Positions 19,257 to 30,370 of a DNA stretch of 64,000 nucleotides are shown here, in pieces. The notes beneath the pieces were generated by a model that saw only the letters and a program-made list of their open reading frames with translations, had not been told where the DNA came from and searched no databases. The stretch spans positions 49,654 through 113,653 of the IMG/VR virus record IMGVR_UViG_3300035670_000060. One strand, given 5' to 3'. Every line of letters begins with the position of its first letter. The first letter of the stretch is position 1. This DNA is from a virus. The translations under genes were made by a program, and so were the position numbers.

Positions 19257-22200
19257 GCTAATGCTATCGCCCTTAGATTTCGAATTCTTGGTGCATATGC
19301 TTTGTTATTCGATAAGAATACAACTTTTACAGCATAATATTTAAAGCCCTCAAACACTCTACCATCAGGTGTCTCGTACTGAACTTCATTATTCAAAACT
19401 TTAAAAATATCTTGTGTATTTGCTGTTGTTGTAAATGCACTCTCGACTGTCATGTATGTATTATTTACTACATTCGTCACGACTCGTTGAACTCTAGCTG
19501 TGCCAACTGCAACCGTATCTCCGATTCTTATATCTTCAGTGAATCGTGTAGAGGTGCCTTCTACAATATTGTTTGAAGTTGAAATCAAAACTGAACCATT
19601 GAGCAATCTACTTCCACCAATTTTTATTGTGGTCGGCACAACATATCTTTCTTCACTATATAGTGCTTCATTTTGCGATGTTGTTTTTGTTGTAACTAAA
19701 TCCATTTCTTGATAAAGTTTACTATCGAAAGAGTCAGCGTCGTTTTCATTCAAAATTTTGTAATAAACTTTAATGTCTGTTCCTGATGGTCGATTTACAT
19801 CAACATAAACAACCAAATCAGTGGCTTCAAATCCGTCATTTAGTGCAACTCTACGTGATATGTATCTTGAATCTGAAATGTATGGTCCTTCTGGATTCTC
19901 TTCGTTTTCAATTGATATAGTTTGACTTGCTGCATTATTTTCATTGAACGTTCCAACAATTGTCATGTGTGTAGCATTCACGACATCACCTGCAATTCGA
20001 TAATTGTCACCAAATTTTACATATTGTCCACCTTGTATTTCGCCGATAAAGTTTGTACCTGTTCCTATTACTGTATTACTTCCAGACGTATATGTTACTG
20101 TACCAGAAATGCTTGTGTTTGAAGTTAGATTATTTATTTCAAAATCTTCATAAATTGCATTACCTCTTGTCAGATCAATATACGGTGAAATATATCGACT
20201 TCTTGTTGACATTGTAGCCTTCAGAGACAATGATTTAATTGAATATGTTGTTTCATTTATTGTATTTGAAACTTGCTTTTGTGCAGGCAATTTAATGCGC
20301 TCAAGATTTTTAATTGGTATATAATTATCTAAAGTAAACGACGGTGTAGCAGTTCTAATTTCATAATTGATAGATGTTTGTGAAGGCACCAAGTCTTCCA
20401 TATTAGTCTGTACTGTGCTATATGTAAAGTTTGTACCAACTCCTATATTTTCAAAAGTTGCTAAAGCAGATGTTGTTGTAGAAAATACAGCAATCTTCAT
20501 ATTGAATTTAATATCGAGATTCTGTCTTGGTGTCCATGTAGAATCATTTGAACTTGTAAATAATACACCACCAATCAGTGCGTTGTTTTTATCAATTCGA
20601 GTATTCAAGTTTGCATTTGTGATATCTAATTGACCAAGTTCTGCTGTGAAAATTTCAAAGTCTGTTGAATTACCTTCGGGTTTAGCTACAAAGCAATATT
20701 CATTTCCAGGAAGTAAGAATATTGGATTTAAAAATGTAAACGTTGTAGGTGTTTGAGCAGTTGCATTTACAGTAATTCCACTTGACGGTTTACGTACAAT
20801 TTCACCGCCTATAGTCTTTCTTGTAGGTAATCCATTATCCATTTCACGAATTTCAACTGAAACTTTTAGATTTGGATTTGAAGATTTTTTCTTAAAATAT
20901 AAATCTATTGACGTTACAAAAACACCATCTGGATATGTAATCTCATCAACATAAAAACTTTGAGCAACAGGATCATATACTTGATTAGTTATTACCGTTG
21001 TTGTTGTTGTACTTTCTCTTTGTCTTGCAGTTTCAACCGTTGTTACACTATCAGTTCTTGTTTTTCCTGTCGCAGTTCTATTACCGAACGATATTGTTGA
21101 AGGTCTTGTGTTATATGTAATAGAACTTTTAACTTGTGTTAAACCTGATGCTTGAATTGATGTTCTAGCATAAGTAGTGGTATCTGATAATCTATTTGTT
21201 GGACTATCACTTATTTTAAATTCTCTTGTTCCAACGTAAAATGAATTTGCAGGAACTCTAAAAATTCCATAGATATCGTTTTGTTCAGAAACTATCAATG
21301 ATCCATCTGAAACAATCGTATAATAAACTCCGAGTGCGCTAGAAGGCAACAAACCGTCATTATCACACAAATCGGCTAACTGCTGAATTGTTGTAGATCC
21401 TAATAATCTAATTTGTTTACAGTGTTGTGTGACGAGTTCTTCATTGAAGAATGCGTACATTTTTGTGCCGGCTTTAACTCCTGCTGCATAAAATATAAAA
21501 TCTCTCGATCTCATAACTTGAGAAACCGAAACATCAACAACTCTGTCCACCGTTTGAGATGTTGCTTGACCAACTCTTACGTCTGCCGTATTGATGAATT
21601 CAGACGATCTATTTGTGGTGGTTTGTCTTGTTACTGCATCTACACCTGTTGTTGTTGTTTGAGTAAAATTCCACCATCCACCTCCACCCCATACCCAAGA
21701 CTGATTCGTTGTTCCTAAATTGACGTTTTCTCTTGTTGTTGATGATGTTACTTGAGCGGGTTGTCCAATCCAGTAAGCATTTTGTGGTGCAATTTCTGTG
21801 TTCCATGCATTCGCCAACGCTCTCCAATTATCAGCATCGGCTGAAGTGTCAATGACCAAATCTTGTTCTGGATTTCTTGTTGTTGATAACCATGTGTCTG
21901 ATGGTGGAAATATATCCATATCTCCAACCCAAGTAAATGTCAATTCTTGTGCAAGATTTATGAATGTTGAAGCGTAGGGCTGAGTAATAAAATTTTCAGT
22001 GGTATAGTTTAATATTAATTTTCTTCCTGGTAACAAAGTTAAACCTGAGGAAAGTGTACTATTATAAACAAATTTTGTTTGATTACTGTTTATAGAATAT
22101 GCAGTTGCATATCGGTCAGTTCTTTCTATTGCAGCATGATAATTACTAGATTTTACGTCTGCAACTGCTGATCCTGTGAATGGATCAACTAGAACACCAT

Positions 22201-25200
22201 TCTTAAACCTATCAATGCCAGTATCGTCAATAACAATTTTTTCCGATGCTTGGCGTTCAAGTAGATTAAGTGATGAGTAATATTCAAGTTTATTTACACG
22301 GCTATCTATTTTTCCAACATCAGCCATTGTATATCGTTTATTTTTAAGTAACTTAACAGGTACACCGATAGGTTTTGATGGATACGGAGGCACAAATATT
22401 TCAGCGATCTCCATTGTATCAGGTAATGGCGGAGGAGTTTGTTGAATTGGATATCCAGGCGATCCGTTATTAAACCCAAGTTCACCTCGTGAATTGATAT
22501 AGAGTTTAGCTATACGACCTTTATAGAATATTAAGTCTGCATCGAAGTCTGATCCAGCTAATGGTGTATGCAAACCTCCAGGAGGTATTTGATATACGCC
22601 TGTGTCGACAGGATTTAAAGATGTGTTTGCTGTTTTGATTGGTCTAAAATCTATACAGTTTCTTAAATCGTATACTATAGAAGTTTTTGGACTTATATAA
22701 ACTGGAATGTTTGAAGTTGTAATCGTTGTGTTAGATATAACAGAATCGTTAATAGGATAAGAATCTACTGAAAGATATCCAACACCCTGTGTAACGTCAT
22801 GTGTAAAGTGATCATAAACAACATGTAAACGACCTGTGGGTTTATATCCAACTCGTGGTGTAATTGTCGCATGTTCATAGCTATTGTCACGCTGACCATT
22901 ATCAAAAATGTAATTTGATGTGACTATAGTATTAAAACTTGTATTCGTATTTGCTGCTGTTACAAATGTTGTATCATTAGATTGGTAGATTGCGTGAAGT
23001 TGATAAACATCAGCACGACCAAGACTATATGGTCCAGTAAATAATGTTGAATGTGTATTTGGATTGATATTAGTGTTTGCTTGATAATTTAAAATCTTAC
23101 GCATTTCTTTTGCGTTTGATCTATCCATTGTAGTAAATACTTTTGCACTAAATGTTGTTGCGTGTGCTTCTTGAATATCAATCGTTACAGAGTCTGGTGC
23201 TGTTACATTAACGCTTCTTGTTGTACCACTACCGCCGTATCCTGACAAATCTATAATTGATCCTGTAGGAAGAATTTTTGTAATATTAGAACCAGCTGCT
23301 CCTGTAGAATGCGTAGATGTTAAAATGATATGATTGGCATTAGGTAAACTTGCAATCGTTTTATTTTCACCATTTATTTGAATAATTTCACCAACATTAA
23401 ATCTTGTTCGTGGATCAACTGAGACTCCTGATATGGTGTTTGCACCAATTAATATAGTTCCTGTTGCAATTGTTGATGTTTGTACGTTTGCACCACCGTT
23501 TGTTATTACAACAAAATAGTATTCATCTTTTTGTGCTGAAGAAAGTGCACCAGTTCCTACAAATGTTTCCGATGAGTCTGTTGAAGAAATGACAGCTTGA
23601 CCGCTTGAAAAGTTTACATTGTAAACTTTTCTAAATCTAAAACCGGTCTCAAGTTGACCCTGCTCATCCCTCAAAGTTTTAATTGCAGAATATGGTAAAT
23701 TAAAAATTAATTTACCAAAAGATTGTTCTTGAAGAACTGCATTACCATTTGAGTCTAATACGATATCTGCGATTCTATTTGGTGTGGAATCACTATATAA
23801 TGATCTAACTTGTGAAAATGTATTTCCAGAATTAACGATAACATCTGTTAGATACAAATAGTATGATGCTGTGTTTTGACCAGGATTTCCGCTTACGTAA
23901 TCGATACCTTTAACTCTAGCTGTGCCAATTTTTGTACCTGACAAAACTGACGCTGTGTTTTGACCTAACGTGATAGTTTGTTGAGGTGCGTTATAAAGAT
24001 CAACAGAGGTTGCTTCCATTATATCCCAATCACCCATGACTTCATTGACTTCAACATAATTACCAGAGTTGATTTGAGTTCTAACTTGTTCAACATACTG
24101 AGTAGCAAGACCTTTTTCTAAAGTTACCTCTTGCTTTATAATAAATTCATTTCTAAATCCTGAAACATATGACGTAAATGGATCTACTTCAACCAAAAGA
24201 AGATTCGTATTTCCACCGTCAACTGACTCATATCTACCTCCGTTGTTATTCAAAAGCAAATGTTCACGTATATTTAATTTTGGATCTGATAATGTGTAAT
24301 TGCCAGATTCTTCGAATGTTCTTTTTGCTACAACTTGACCAAGTTTACTTTCAAGTCCAACATCTTTTCTTTTCTTTACAACTCCATTTTCAACTTCAAG
24401 TAAACTTATAAATTCGTTTTCATCAGTAGATGTTCCAAAAGGAACTTTGGTAAGAACTGTATCAATTTTTAATCGGTCTGCACCCGGTGCCTGAAAGTTT
24501 GGTGTGCCCGCTGCATTATCCAATAAACTTGTATCATCCAAATAGTCAACAAAAGATTTTTCAGGAACAAGACCTATTTTATATGAGGGTTCATTTGAAT
24601 ACTTGTCAAGAATTAAAGTTTGTCTGCTATTTTTAATAAAGTGATCTGAAATATAGACAATACCGTCACCAATATTGACTTTTGAACCTCGATTAAAAAT
24701 TCTTTCATTTTCTGTGCCTGGATTTTCAACATATCTTGTTGCATCTGAAGTGGCTGTTAATGCATAAAATCTGGATGTTGCATTTGATGTGAAAATTAAT
24801 TCATTATTTTCAAACTCAATAGAAGTTCTTTTATCTGTAACTAATGTTACATCAACAGTATTTGATGAACCATTATTTAATATTGTGTTCGCTGTTGTTG
24901 CCGTCAAATTGCCAACTGCATCACCAACATGAATATAACTATTTTCTGTAATAGGATCTGTATAAAATGCTCGAATAACCGCTGTGTTTCCTGTAGAAAA
25001 TGTTATTGTATTTCCTATTGTTAGAAGGGTTGATACAGCATTAACGGAAAGAATGTATGCACCCGAAGACGTATAGTTAATAAATAACGTCTTCGGATCA
25101 TTATTTTCAAGATCGCTTACGATGCCAACATATGCTTTTACGCCTGTATTTGCGGAAATAATTTCTTCATGTAAAAAATTTGTAACGTTTGCTTCAGTCT

Positions 25201-25465
25201 CATCGTATTCTTGTTGAAGTTTTACATATGATACTGAATAGTCTAAATTTTGTTCACAGCCATCTAAAATATAACCCGGCTTGAAAAAATAATTTGCAAA
25301 TCTTTCAATTTGTTTTTGCTGAAGTGATTGTGCTTGAGTTAATTCTCTGGCCTGAACAGCACGTCCAGGCACAAAGAGAACCCTTGCAAATTTTTTATCT
25401 TCATCAAAATCATCATAATACGGACTGTTGTTTAAATCCAGTCCGCCAGGATTCGTATTAGCCAT
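19253..25465 (-). CDS. Large VrlC-like (DUF4815-type) virion structural protein
   Basis: PYYDDFDEDK..VLFVPGRAVQARELTQ, APGADRLKI, RTFEESGNY, DPVAQSF, PRIRNLRAIALA. Confidence 0.88.
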   Translation of the reverse strand: MANTNPGGLDLNNSPYYDDFDEDKKFARVLFVPGRAVQARELTQAQSLQQKQIERFANYFFKPGYILDGCEQNLDYSVSYVKLQQEYDETEANVTNFLHEEIISANTGVKAYVGIVSDLENNDPKTLFINYTSSGAYILSVNAVSTLLTIGNTITFSTGNTAVIRAFYTDPITENSYIHVGDAVGNLTATTANTILNNGSSNTVDVTLVTDKRTSIEFENNELIFTSNATSRFYALTATSDATRYVENPGTENERIFNRGSKVNIGDGIVYISDHFIKNSRQTLILDKYSNEPSYKIGLVPEKSFVDYLDDTSLLDNAAGTPNFQAPGADRLKIDTVLTKVPFGTSTDENEFISLLEVENGVVKKRKDVGLESKLGQVVAKRTFEESGNYTLSDPKLNIREHLLLNNNGGRYESVDGGNTNLLLVEVDPFTSYVSGFRNEFIIKQEVTLEKGLATQYVEQVRTQINSGNYVEVNEVMGDWDIMEATSVDLYNAPQQTITLGQNTASVLSGTKIGTARVKGIDYVSGNPGQNTASYYLYLTDVIVNSGNTFSQVRSLYSDSTPNRIADIVLDSNGNAVLQEQSFGKLIFNLPYSAIKTLRDEQGQLETGFRFRKVYNVNFSSGQAVISSTDSSETFVGTGALSSAQKDEYYFVVITNGGANVQTSTIATGTILIGANTISGVSVDPRTRFNVGEIIQINGENKTIASLPNANHIILTSTHSTGAAGSNITKILPTGSIIDLSGYGGSGTTRSVNVTAPDSVTIDIQEAHATTFSAKVFTTMDRSNAKEMRKILNYQANTNINPNTHSTLFTGPYSLGRADVYQLHAIYQSNDTTFVTAANTNTSFNTIVTSNYIFDNGQRDNSYEHATITPRVGYKPTGRLHVVYDHFTHDVTQGVGYLSVDSYPINDSVISNTTITTSNIPVYISPKTSIVYDLRNCIDFRPIKTANTSLNPVDTGVYQIPPGGLHTPLAGSDFDADLIFYKGRIAKLYINSRGELGFNNGSPGYPIQQTPPPLPDTMEIAEIFVPPYPSKPIGVPVKLLKNKRYTMADVGKIDSRVNKLEYYSSLNLLERQASEKIVIDDTGIDRFKNGVLVDPFTGSAVADVKSSNYHAAIERTDRYATAYSINSNQTKFVYNSTLSSGLTLLPGRKLILNYTTENFITQPYASTFINLAQELTFTWVGDMDIFPPSDTWLSTTRNPEQDLVIDTSADADNWRALANAWNTEIAPQNAYWIGQPAQVTSSTTRENVNLGTTNQSWVWGGGGWWNFTQTTTTGVDAVTRQTTTNRSSEFINTADVRVGQATSQTVDRVVDVSVSQVMRSRDFIFYAAGVKAGTKMYAFFNEELVTQHCKQIRLLGSTTIQQLADLCDNDGLLPSSALGVYYTIVSDGSLIVSEQNDIYGIFRVPANSFYVGTREFKISDSPTNRLSDTTTYARTSIQASGLTQVKSSITYNTRPSTISFGNRTATGKTRTDSVTTVETARQRESTTTTTVITNQVYDPVAQSFYVDEITYPDGVFVTSIDLYFKKKSSNPNLKVSVEIREMDNGLPTRKTIGGEIVRKPSSGITVNATAQTPTTFTFLNPIFLLPGNEYCFVAKPEGNSTDFEIFTAELGQLDITNANLNTRIDKNNALIGGVLFTSSNDSTWTPRQNLDIKFNMKIAVFSTTTSALATFENIGVGTNFTYSTVQTNMEDLVPSQTSINYEIRTATPSFTLDNYIPIKNLERIKLPAQKQVSNTINETTYSIKSLSLKATMSTRSRYISPYIDLTRGNAIYEDFEINNLTSNTSISGTVTYTSGSNTVIGTGTNFIGEIQGGQYVKFGDNYRIAGDVVNATHMTIVGTFNENNAASQTISIENEENPEGPYISDSRYISRRVALNDGFEATDLVVYVDVNRPSGTDIKVYYKILNENDADSFDSKLYQEMDLVTTKTTSQNEALYSEERYVVPTTIKIGGSRLLNGSVLISTSNNIVEGTSTRFTEDIRIGDTVAVGTARVQRVVTNVVNNTYMTVESAFTTTANTQDIFKVLNNEVQYETPDGRVFEGFKYYAVKVVFLSNNKAYAPRIRNLRAIALA

Positions 25466-25485
25466 GTTTTATTATTCCGATTGAA

Positions 25486-26814
25486 TTAGAACTCAACAAT
25501 TAACTTTACATCCTCAATCTGATCATCTGCTCTAGAAATTGGACTTCTATATTCAGTATACAATACATCACCGCTATAAGGCTGTAGACCTGGTGTATTG
25601 TTTGCACTAATGTTACCAGAACCACCAGATGAAGTTGTAAATGATGTATTCAAAAAGTTCATTGGATATGGTTTTGTTGTGTAAACATAGCTGTTAACAG
25701 TATCAACTTCAACAACTTTTGCTGTGTTAGAACCAACAGTCATTGTAGAATCAACTGTAATATCTGTTGTACTGCTTACAGTGTATCTAAATGTTTGACG
25801 ATAATTTGTTGCAAGTGCTCTTGTTGTTGTACCGTATGTATATGGATCACGAATCAATCCCACTTTTCTAAAGTCGTTTGCAGTAGAAATTGTACCACCT
25901 TCGGTACCATCTAAACGAACATTAACCATAGCATATTTGCCACCAAGTTCTTCTACTGGATCTGCACCATGTCCACCTTTTGGACTAATTACTGCTGTCG
26001 CTGCACCACTAGATCCTGTGCCACCAATCGAAACAGTTGCATTATTATAACCAGTGCCTTTGTTTGTAACCGTAATACTTCTAATAATACCAGAAGTAAC
26101 GTTAGCCGTTGCAGTTGCGCCTGATCCATCACCAGTAATTGTAACTATAGCTTGTGCACCACCGTCTGTATAGCCTGATCCACCATTAGTTACCTTGATA
26201 ACATAAATTCCACCATCTTCCGATGCAGCCGCACTTTGAACATCCCATTGATCAGAGCCGTCATCACTTGTTAGAAGTTTTACTGGAATGTAATCATTAG
26301 TTAGAAACTTCAGTGCGTCTGAAGTTGTAACTTTATACATAAACTTCCACACATAGTTATCAGCCGTTTCAAAAATATCAGTTGAAACACCTGTTGGTTT
26401 TACTGATGAAGGAACCGCTGTAACGCCATTTGCAGAATTACGAAGACACTTATACACATTGTATTCATCTGTCATAACATAAAAATCATCACTCTCAATT
26501 AAGTTAGTGTCAACATCATCGTACATTTTATATGTTGTGCCTGATGTCCAATTGTATCGTGGAATCGCTAATGAAACGTCCGCTGCTGTAGCACGTTTTG
26601 CAGCAACCATATCATTCCATGGTAGATATTCGACGTTAGCTGTTGATGTTGTTGGTGTAGGTGGACTAGAATCAGATCCACCATCATTTGATGCGCCAAA
26701 TGCTGATGGTCCGCCTATGTAAAGATACACAACGGTATTTGCTGCTTCACTGAAACCTTCAGCGAATTGTTGTGCGTTATGAATTCTAAATTTGTGACTT
26801 ACTGTTGCAGGCAT
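25486..26814 (-). CDS. gp8: Baseplate wedge protein
   Basis: FRIHNAQQF, IPRYNWTSGT.Y, FYVMTDEYNVYKCL, YVWKFMY, PISRADDQIEDVKLIVEF. Confidence 0.92.
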   Translation of the reverse strand: MPATVSHKFRIHNAQQFAEGFSEAANTVVYLYIGGPSAFGASNDGGSDSSPPTPTTSTANVEYLPWNDMVAAKRATAADVSLAIPRYNWTSGTTYKMYDDVDTNLIESDDFYVMTDEYNVYKCLRNSANGVTAVPSSVKPTGVSTDIFETADNYVWKFMYKVTTSDALKFLTNDYIPVKLLTSDDGSDQWDVQSAAASEDGGIYVIKVTNGGSGYTDGGAQAIVTITGDGSGATATANVTSGIIRSITVTNKGTGYNNATVSIGGTGSSGAATAVISPKGGHGADPVEELGGKYAMVNVRLDGTEGGTISTANDFRKVGLIRDPYTYGTTTRALATNYRQTFRYTVSSTTDITVDSTMTVGSNTAKVVEVDTVNSYVYTTKPYPMNFLNTSFTTSSGGSGNISANNTPGLQPYSGDVLYTEYRSPISRADDQIEDVKLIVEF

Positions 26815-26838
26815 AATAATCTCCTTAAATAACTAGTT

Positions 26839-26846
26839 TATTTATA
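26839..26846 (-). promoter_or_regulatory. Late promoter for gp8/fibre operon
   Basis: TATAAATA upstream of gp8 SD AAGGAG. Confidence 0.8.
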
Positions 26847-26854
26847 TGTTTTGT

Positions 26855-29800
26855 TTAACGGTATGCATAAACATCCGTATAACTGCTTTGAGATGGAACA
26901 TTTAGTTCCATGTATACATTATTGGCAACGCTTTTAACTACAAATTTTTCTGTGTTGTCAATAACAATTGGTGTATCTTCTATAAAATCTGACAAGAATG
27001 TTGTACCAGTTCCAAAAACAACATTTGAACTTACATTGACTGTGCCTGTTATTTTTGACCACACATCGACTGTTGTTAAATATTCGGTGTCAAATGTTAT
27101 ATCTTGTAATGATGAGATTGGTGATAGCGCAAAAACTATAATTTGCTGCTCACCGTATGTAGAAGTGATTGGTCCAGCTGGTGCACCAACGGCTGCATTT
27201 GCACCATCTAATTCTTGTTGTACTATATATTCTGTTATATTATCAGGTACAACATCAACTAATAGATGATATTCTTTTTCTATACTTTCAGATATACCAA
27301 CTGAATTGTCGAATTTCGTTCCAATAGATGGTATTTCTTTTTCAATCTTTTGTGGATCAGAATTAATAGCTGTATTTGCTTCAGTCTGATAATATATCAA
27401 ATACTCTTTATTTGATGTGATATGAACATCAATTGGTAATTCATATTCTTTTTCGACCTTTTGACTATGTGGTGCTAAATCACCAGCAAAACCCTCAATA
27501 GCAAATTTAATAATGTATTCTTTATCGTTTAATGTGCTTACGTCAACATCTCTTTCTAAGATGATTTCATATTCTTTATTTGATGTAATATGCACATCAA
27601 TTGGTAATTCATATTCTTTTTCAATCTTTTGACTATGTTCATCACCAGTTAAATCAATATGTTTTTCAATGATAACTACAGGATCTATATTGGTATCGTT
27701 TGTTAATGGTGCTGGATTTAATGCCTCAAGAGGTATTTCTTTTTCAATTTTTTGTGGATCAGAATCAATGTGTATATCAATAGGTCTTTCTATGTTTACG
27801 ATATATTCCGTATGTTCATCACCAGTTAAATCAATAGGTTTTTCAATGATAACTACAGGATCTATATTGGTATTATTAGTTTCAAAGAAATATCCTTCTA
27901 GTAGAATACTACTTAAATCTTGATGGACTAATTTATATCCATCTTCCATTAACAATTCATCAAGGACATTTGTAGCGAGAGGTATTTCTTTTTCAATTTT
28001 TTGTGGATCAGAATCGATATGAACGTCAGCAAGTGAACGGATGTATATGAAGTAATTTTGAATTGCGCCAACAACATCAACAATACCGGTAAATGTTGGT
28101 GTAACATTGATTTCGTTGTAAATAAGAATTTCGCCGAAGAATACGGTACCGGCTGGATGTAAAATTTCTTTTACGATACTCGCATATCTTTCAATAACAA
28201 GACCGCTTCGTATAACGTATGAAAAATCTTGCCAATACTCAGAATCTTGAATAACTTTATAATCTATTTTTCCGTCATCATTTTTCCAAAAACCTCTAGA
28301 CGTTCCAGATCCAACAATAATTGGTATTAAATTAGCATTGCCGTCACCTGATCCTGTCATGTCAACAGTTGCAGTTGAGTAATCTAATCCAAAATCAATA
28401 ATTTCAACGTCTCGTATAGAACCTACACCATATCTTGACTCTACGTTCGCTGTATCAACTTCTATGTCAGCACTTCTACCTTGAATACCTGTAACCGTAA
28501 GTGATGCATCAGCACCACCAGAACTTGTAATCGTAACTGTTGGAAGATTTAGATAGTCATATCCTCTACCATAATCAGTTAATTCTATTCTTAAAATTGC
28601 ACCAGTCGATAAAGTTCCTTCTTCTTTTAATATATCTTGTTCATTTTCATAAAAAATTAACGTTTCATTTTCTATACTTTCAAAACCATAAAGAATTCTA
28701 TCTAGTGCATTGTCGAATATAATATTTGTAGCATCTTCTAAAAGAATATTATTTGAGCCGGCTACAGATGCTACACTGCCAATAGCCGTTGCAGTATTAG
28801 ATCCAATAAAATTTAATCCGTCACCGATAGAATAACCACTACCGCCATCATCAATTACAATTAATCTTTGATGTAACATTCCTAGTGGTTCTATGATGGG
28901 ATCAATAAGAGTGATTACAGGTTTCTTTGCGTAATTTCTACCTCTGTTTAAAATTGAAATTTTATCAATCTGACCTACTTCATAGTATGTTCCAGCAGGC
29001 TCTTCAATAACATATGTGTTCGCTATAGATTCTACAGCAACAATCAAACCATCTCCACCAGTTCCTGTATTGTTTATTGATGCGAATAAGTTATTTCTGT
29101 ATCCATAACCTATGTCATTAATTTTAAGTTTATAAATCGGAGATTTTCTTATGCTAGAAACTTTTGCCGATGCTGCTGAACCATCTCCAGTTAAAACTAT
29201 ATTATCACCAACATCATATCCAGATCCGCCATCATGAATTGTAAATCCACTAATTATACCATATAAATTTGCTGACAATGATGAGTCGGCAACATCGTAA
29301 ATTTGTTCTCCAGCTGCAAATGTACCTACGACAAGACCAAGTTCCATTTGTGCAACTTCTGTTTCTGATATAATAATTTTACGTATTTCTACGACTGTAC
29401 CTAATGCTCCGCTTGTTGCACCAGCTATAGTTTTGTTTAAAAACGAAAATATATTTTCAGTTACTTCTACTCTAAGAGTATTTGTTTGTTCAAATTTACC
29501 ATCAGAAATTCGTAAAAGATCTTCACCAGGATACTTAAGTTCAATCTCCTCTCCAAATAACATTCTAAAGAGAAACCTATACGACTCGTCATTACCTTTT
29601 GATTTATAAAAGTCTCTAAGTCTTCTTGCTATAGTTCTTTCGTCGGCAACTGAACCTTTAGGAAAAGTATCATAAAGTTCTTGTTTCAAAAAATTTACAT
29701 ATTTGTCAATGGTCTTTTCAGGATCACGATATTCTAAAAGTCTACCAGACTTTCTTATAACATTATCGGAAATGTCTTTAATAATGCCACGTTTTGTAGT

Positions 29801-30370
29801 GACATCAACGATACTCGAAACATTGACGTATGGTCCAAGTTTTACGATGTGTGCAGTTCTCGCTCCAGCTACATGATCACTTTCTATAATGATGGCTGTA
29901 GAATTTATATTGTCTACAATATGATTTTCACCACCAATTCTAATTTCATCGCCAATGCTTATTGAACTTATAACGGTATTAGCATATATTTCAGAATAGC
30001 TGATAACGTTACTTGAAGCAGTTATATCAAATCGAACTTCTGGTATAGATTGTGCAAAAATTTCTTCATTATTAAATTGCTTATTGGTCAACATTGTAAC
30101 AATAAGCTGATTATTTGCCGTATCTAATTGATCAATTTTGGCTTGCGCTAATGTAGAAGTTCCTACAATAATTTCATCTTTATTAAAAGTTTTTTCAGTT
30201 ACATTTGAAGGAAAACTTTCATTTTGAAATTCATAAGTTATATTTGTTGTCTGTAACCATTCATAATATGCAGTTAAAAATTGAAGGAAATTCTGCGAAT
30301 CCTCTCTCAAGTCCTCACTTAAGAGTTCTTCAATTATAATTGAAGGTTTAAAATATCCTAAATTTGACAT
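26855..30370 (-). CDS. gp7: Baseplate wedge initiator (gp7-like) with acidic internal repeats
   Basis: FLTAYYEWL, FYKSKGNDESYRFLFRMLFGE, IQDSEYWQDFSYVI, LHPAGTVFFGE; between gp6 and gp8. Confidence 0.8.
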   Translation of the reverse strand: MSNLGYFKPSIIIEELLSEDLREDSQNFLQFLTAYYEWLQTTNITYEFQNESFPSNVTEKTFNKDEIIVGTSTLAQAKIDQLDTANNQLIVTMLTNKQFNNEEIFAQSIPEVRFDITASSNVISYSEIYANTVISSISIGDEIRIGGENHIVDNINSTAIIIESDHVAGARTAHIVKLGPYVNVSSIVDVTTKRGIIKDISDNVIRKSGRLLEYRDPEKTIDKYVNFLKQELYDTFPKGSVADERTIARRLRDFYKSKGNDESYRFLFRMLFGEEIELKYPGEDLLRISDGKFEQTNTLRVEVTENIFSFLNKTIAGATSGALGTVVEIRKIIISETEVAQMELGLVVGTFAAGEQIYDVADSSLSANLYGIISGFTIHDGGSGYDVGDNIVLTGDGSAASAKVSSIRKSPIYKLKINDIGYGYRNNLFASINNTGTGGDGLIVAVESIANTYVIEEPAGTYYEVGQIDKISILNRGRNYAKKPVITLIDPIIEPLGMLHQRLIVIDDGGSGYSIGDGLNFIGSNTATAIGSVASVAGSNNILLEDATNIIFDNALDRILYGFESIENETLIFYENEQDILKEEGTLSTGAILRIELTDYGRGYDYLNLPTVTITSSGGADASLTVTGIQGRSADIEVDTANVESRYGVGSIRDVEIIDFGLDYSTATVDMTGSGDGNANLIPIIVGSGTSRGFWKNDDGKIDYKVIQDSEYWQDFSYVIRSGLVIERYASIVKEILHPAGTVFFGEILIYNEINVTPTFTGIVDVVGAIQNYFIYIRSLADVHIDSDPQKIEKEIPLATNVLDELLMEDGYKLVHQDLSSILLEGYFFETNNTNIDPVVIIEKPIDLTGDEHTEYIVNIERPIDIHIDSDPQKIEKEIPLEALNPAPLTNDTNIDPVVIIEKHIDLTGDEHSQKIEKEYELPIDVHITSNKEYEIILERDVDVSTLNDKEYIIKFAIEGFAGDLAPHSQKVEKEYELPIDVHITSNKEYLIYYQTEANTAINSDPQKIEKEIPSIGTKFDNSVGISESIEKEYHLLVDVVPDNITEYIVQQELDGANAAVGAPAGPITSTYGEQQIIVFALSPISSLQDITFDTEYLTTVDVWSKITGTVNVSSNVVFGTGTTFLSDFIEDTPIVIDNTEKFVVKSVANNVYMELNVPSQSSYTDVYAYR
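27880..27980. repeat. Exact 101-bp copy of 3512-3612 (gp14)
   Basis: Base-by-base identity tttcaaagaaatatcc...tttgtagcgaga at both loci, same orientation. Confidence 0.95.
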
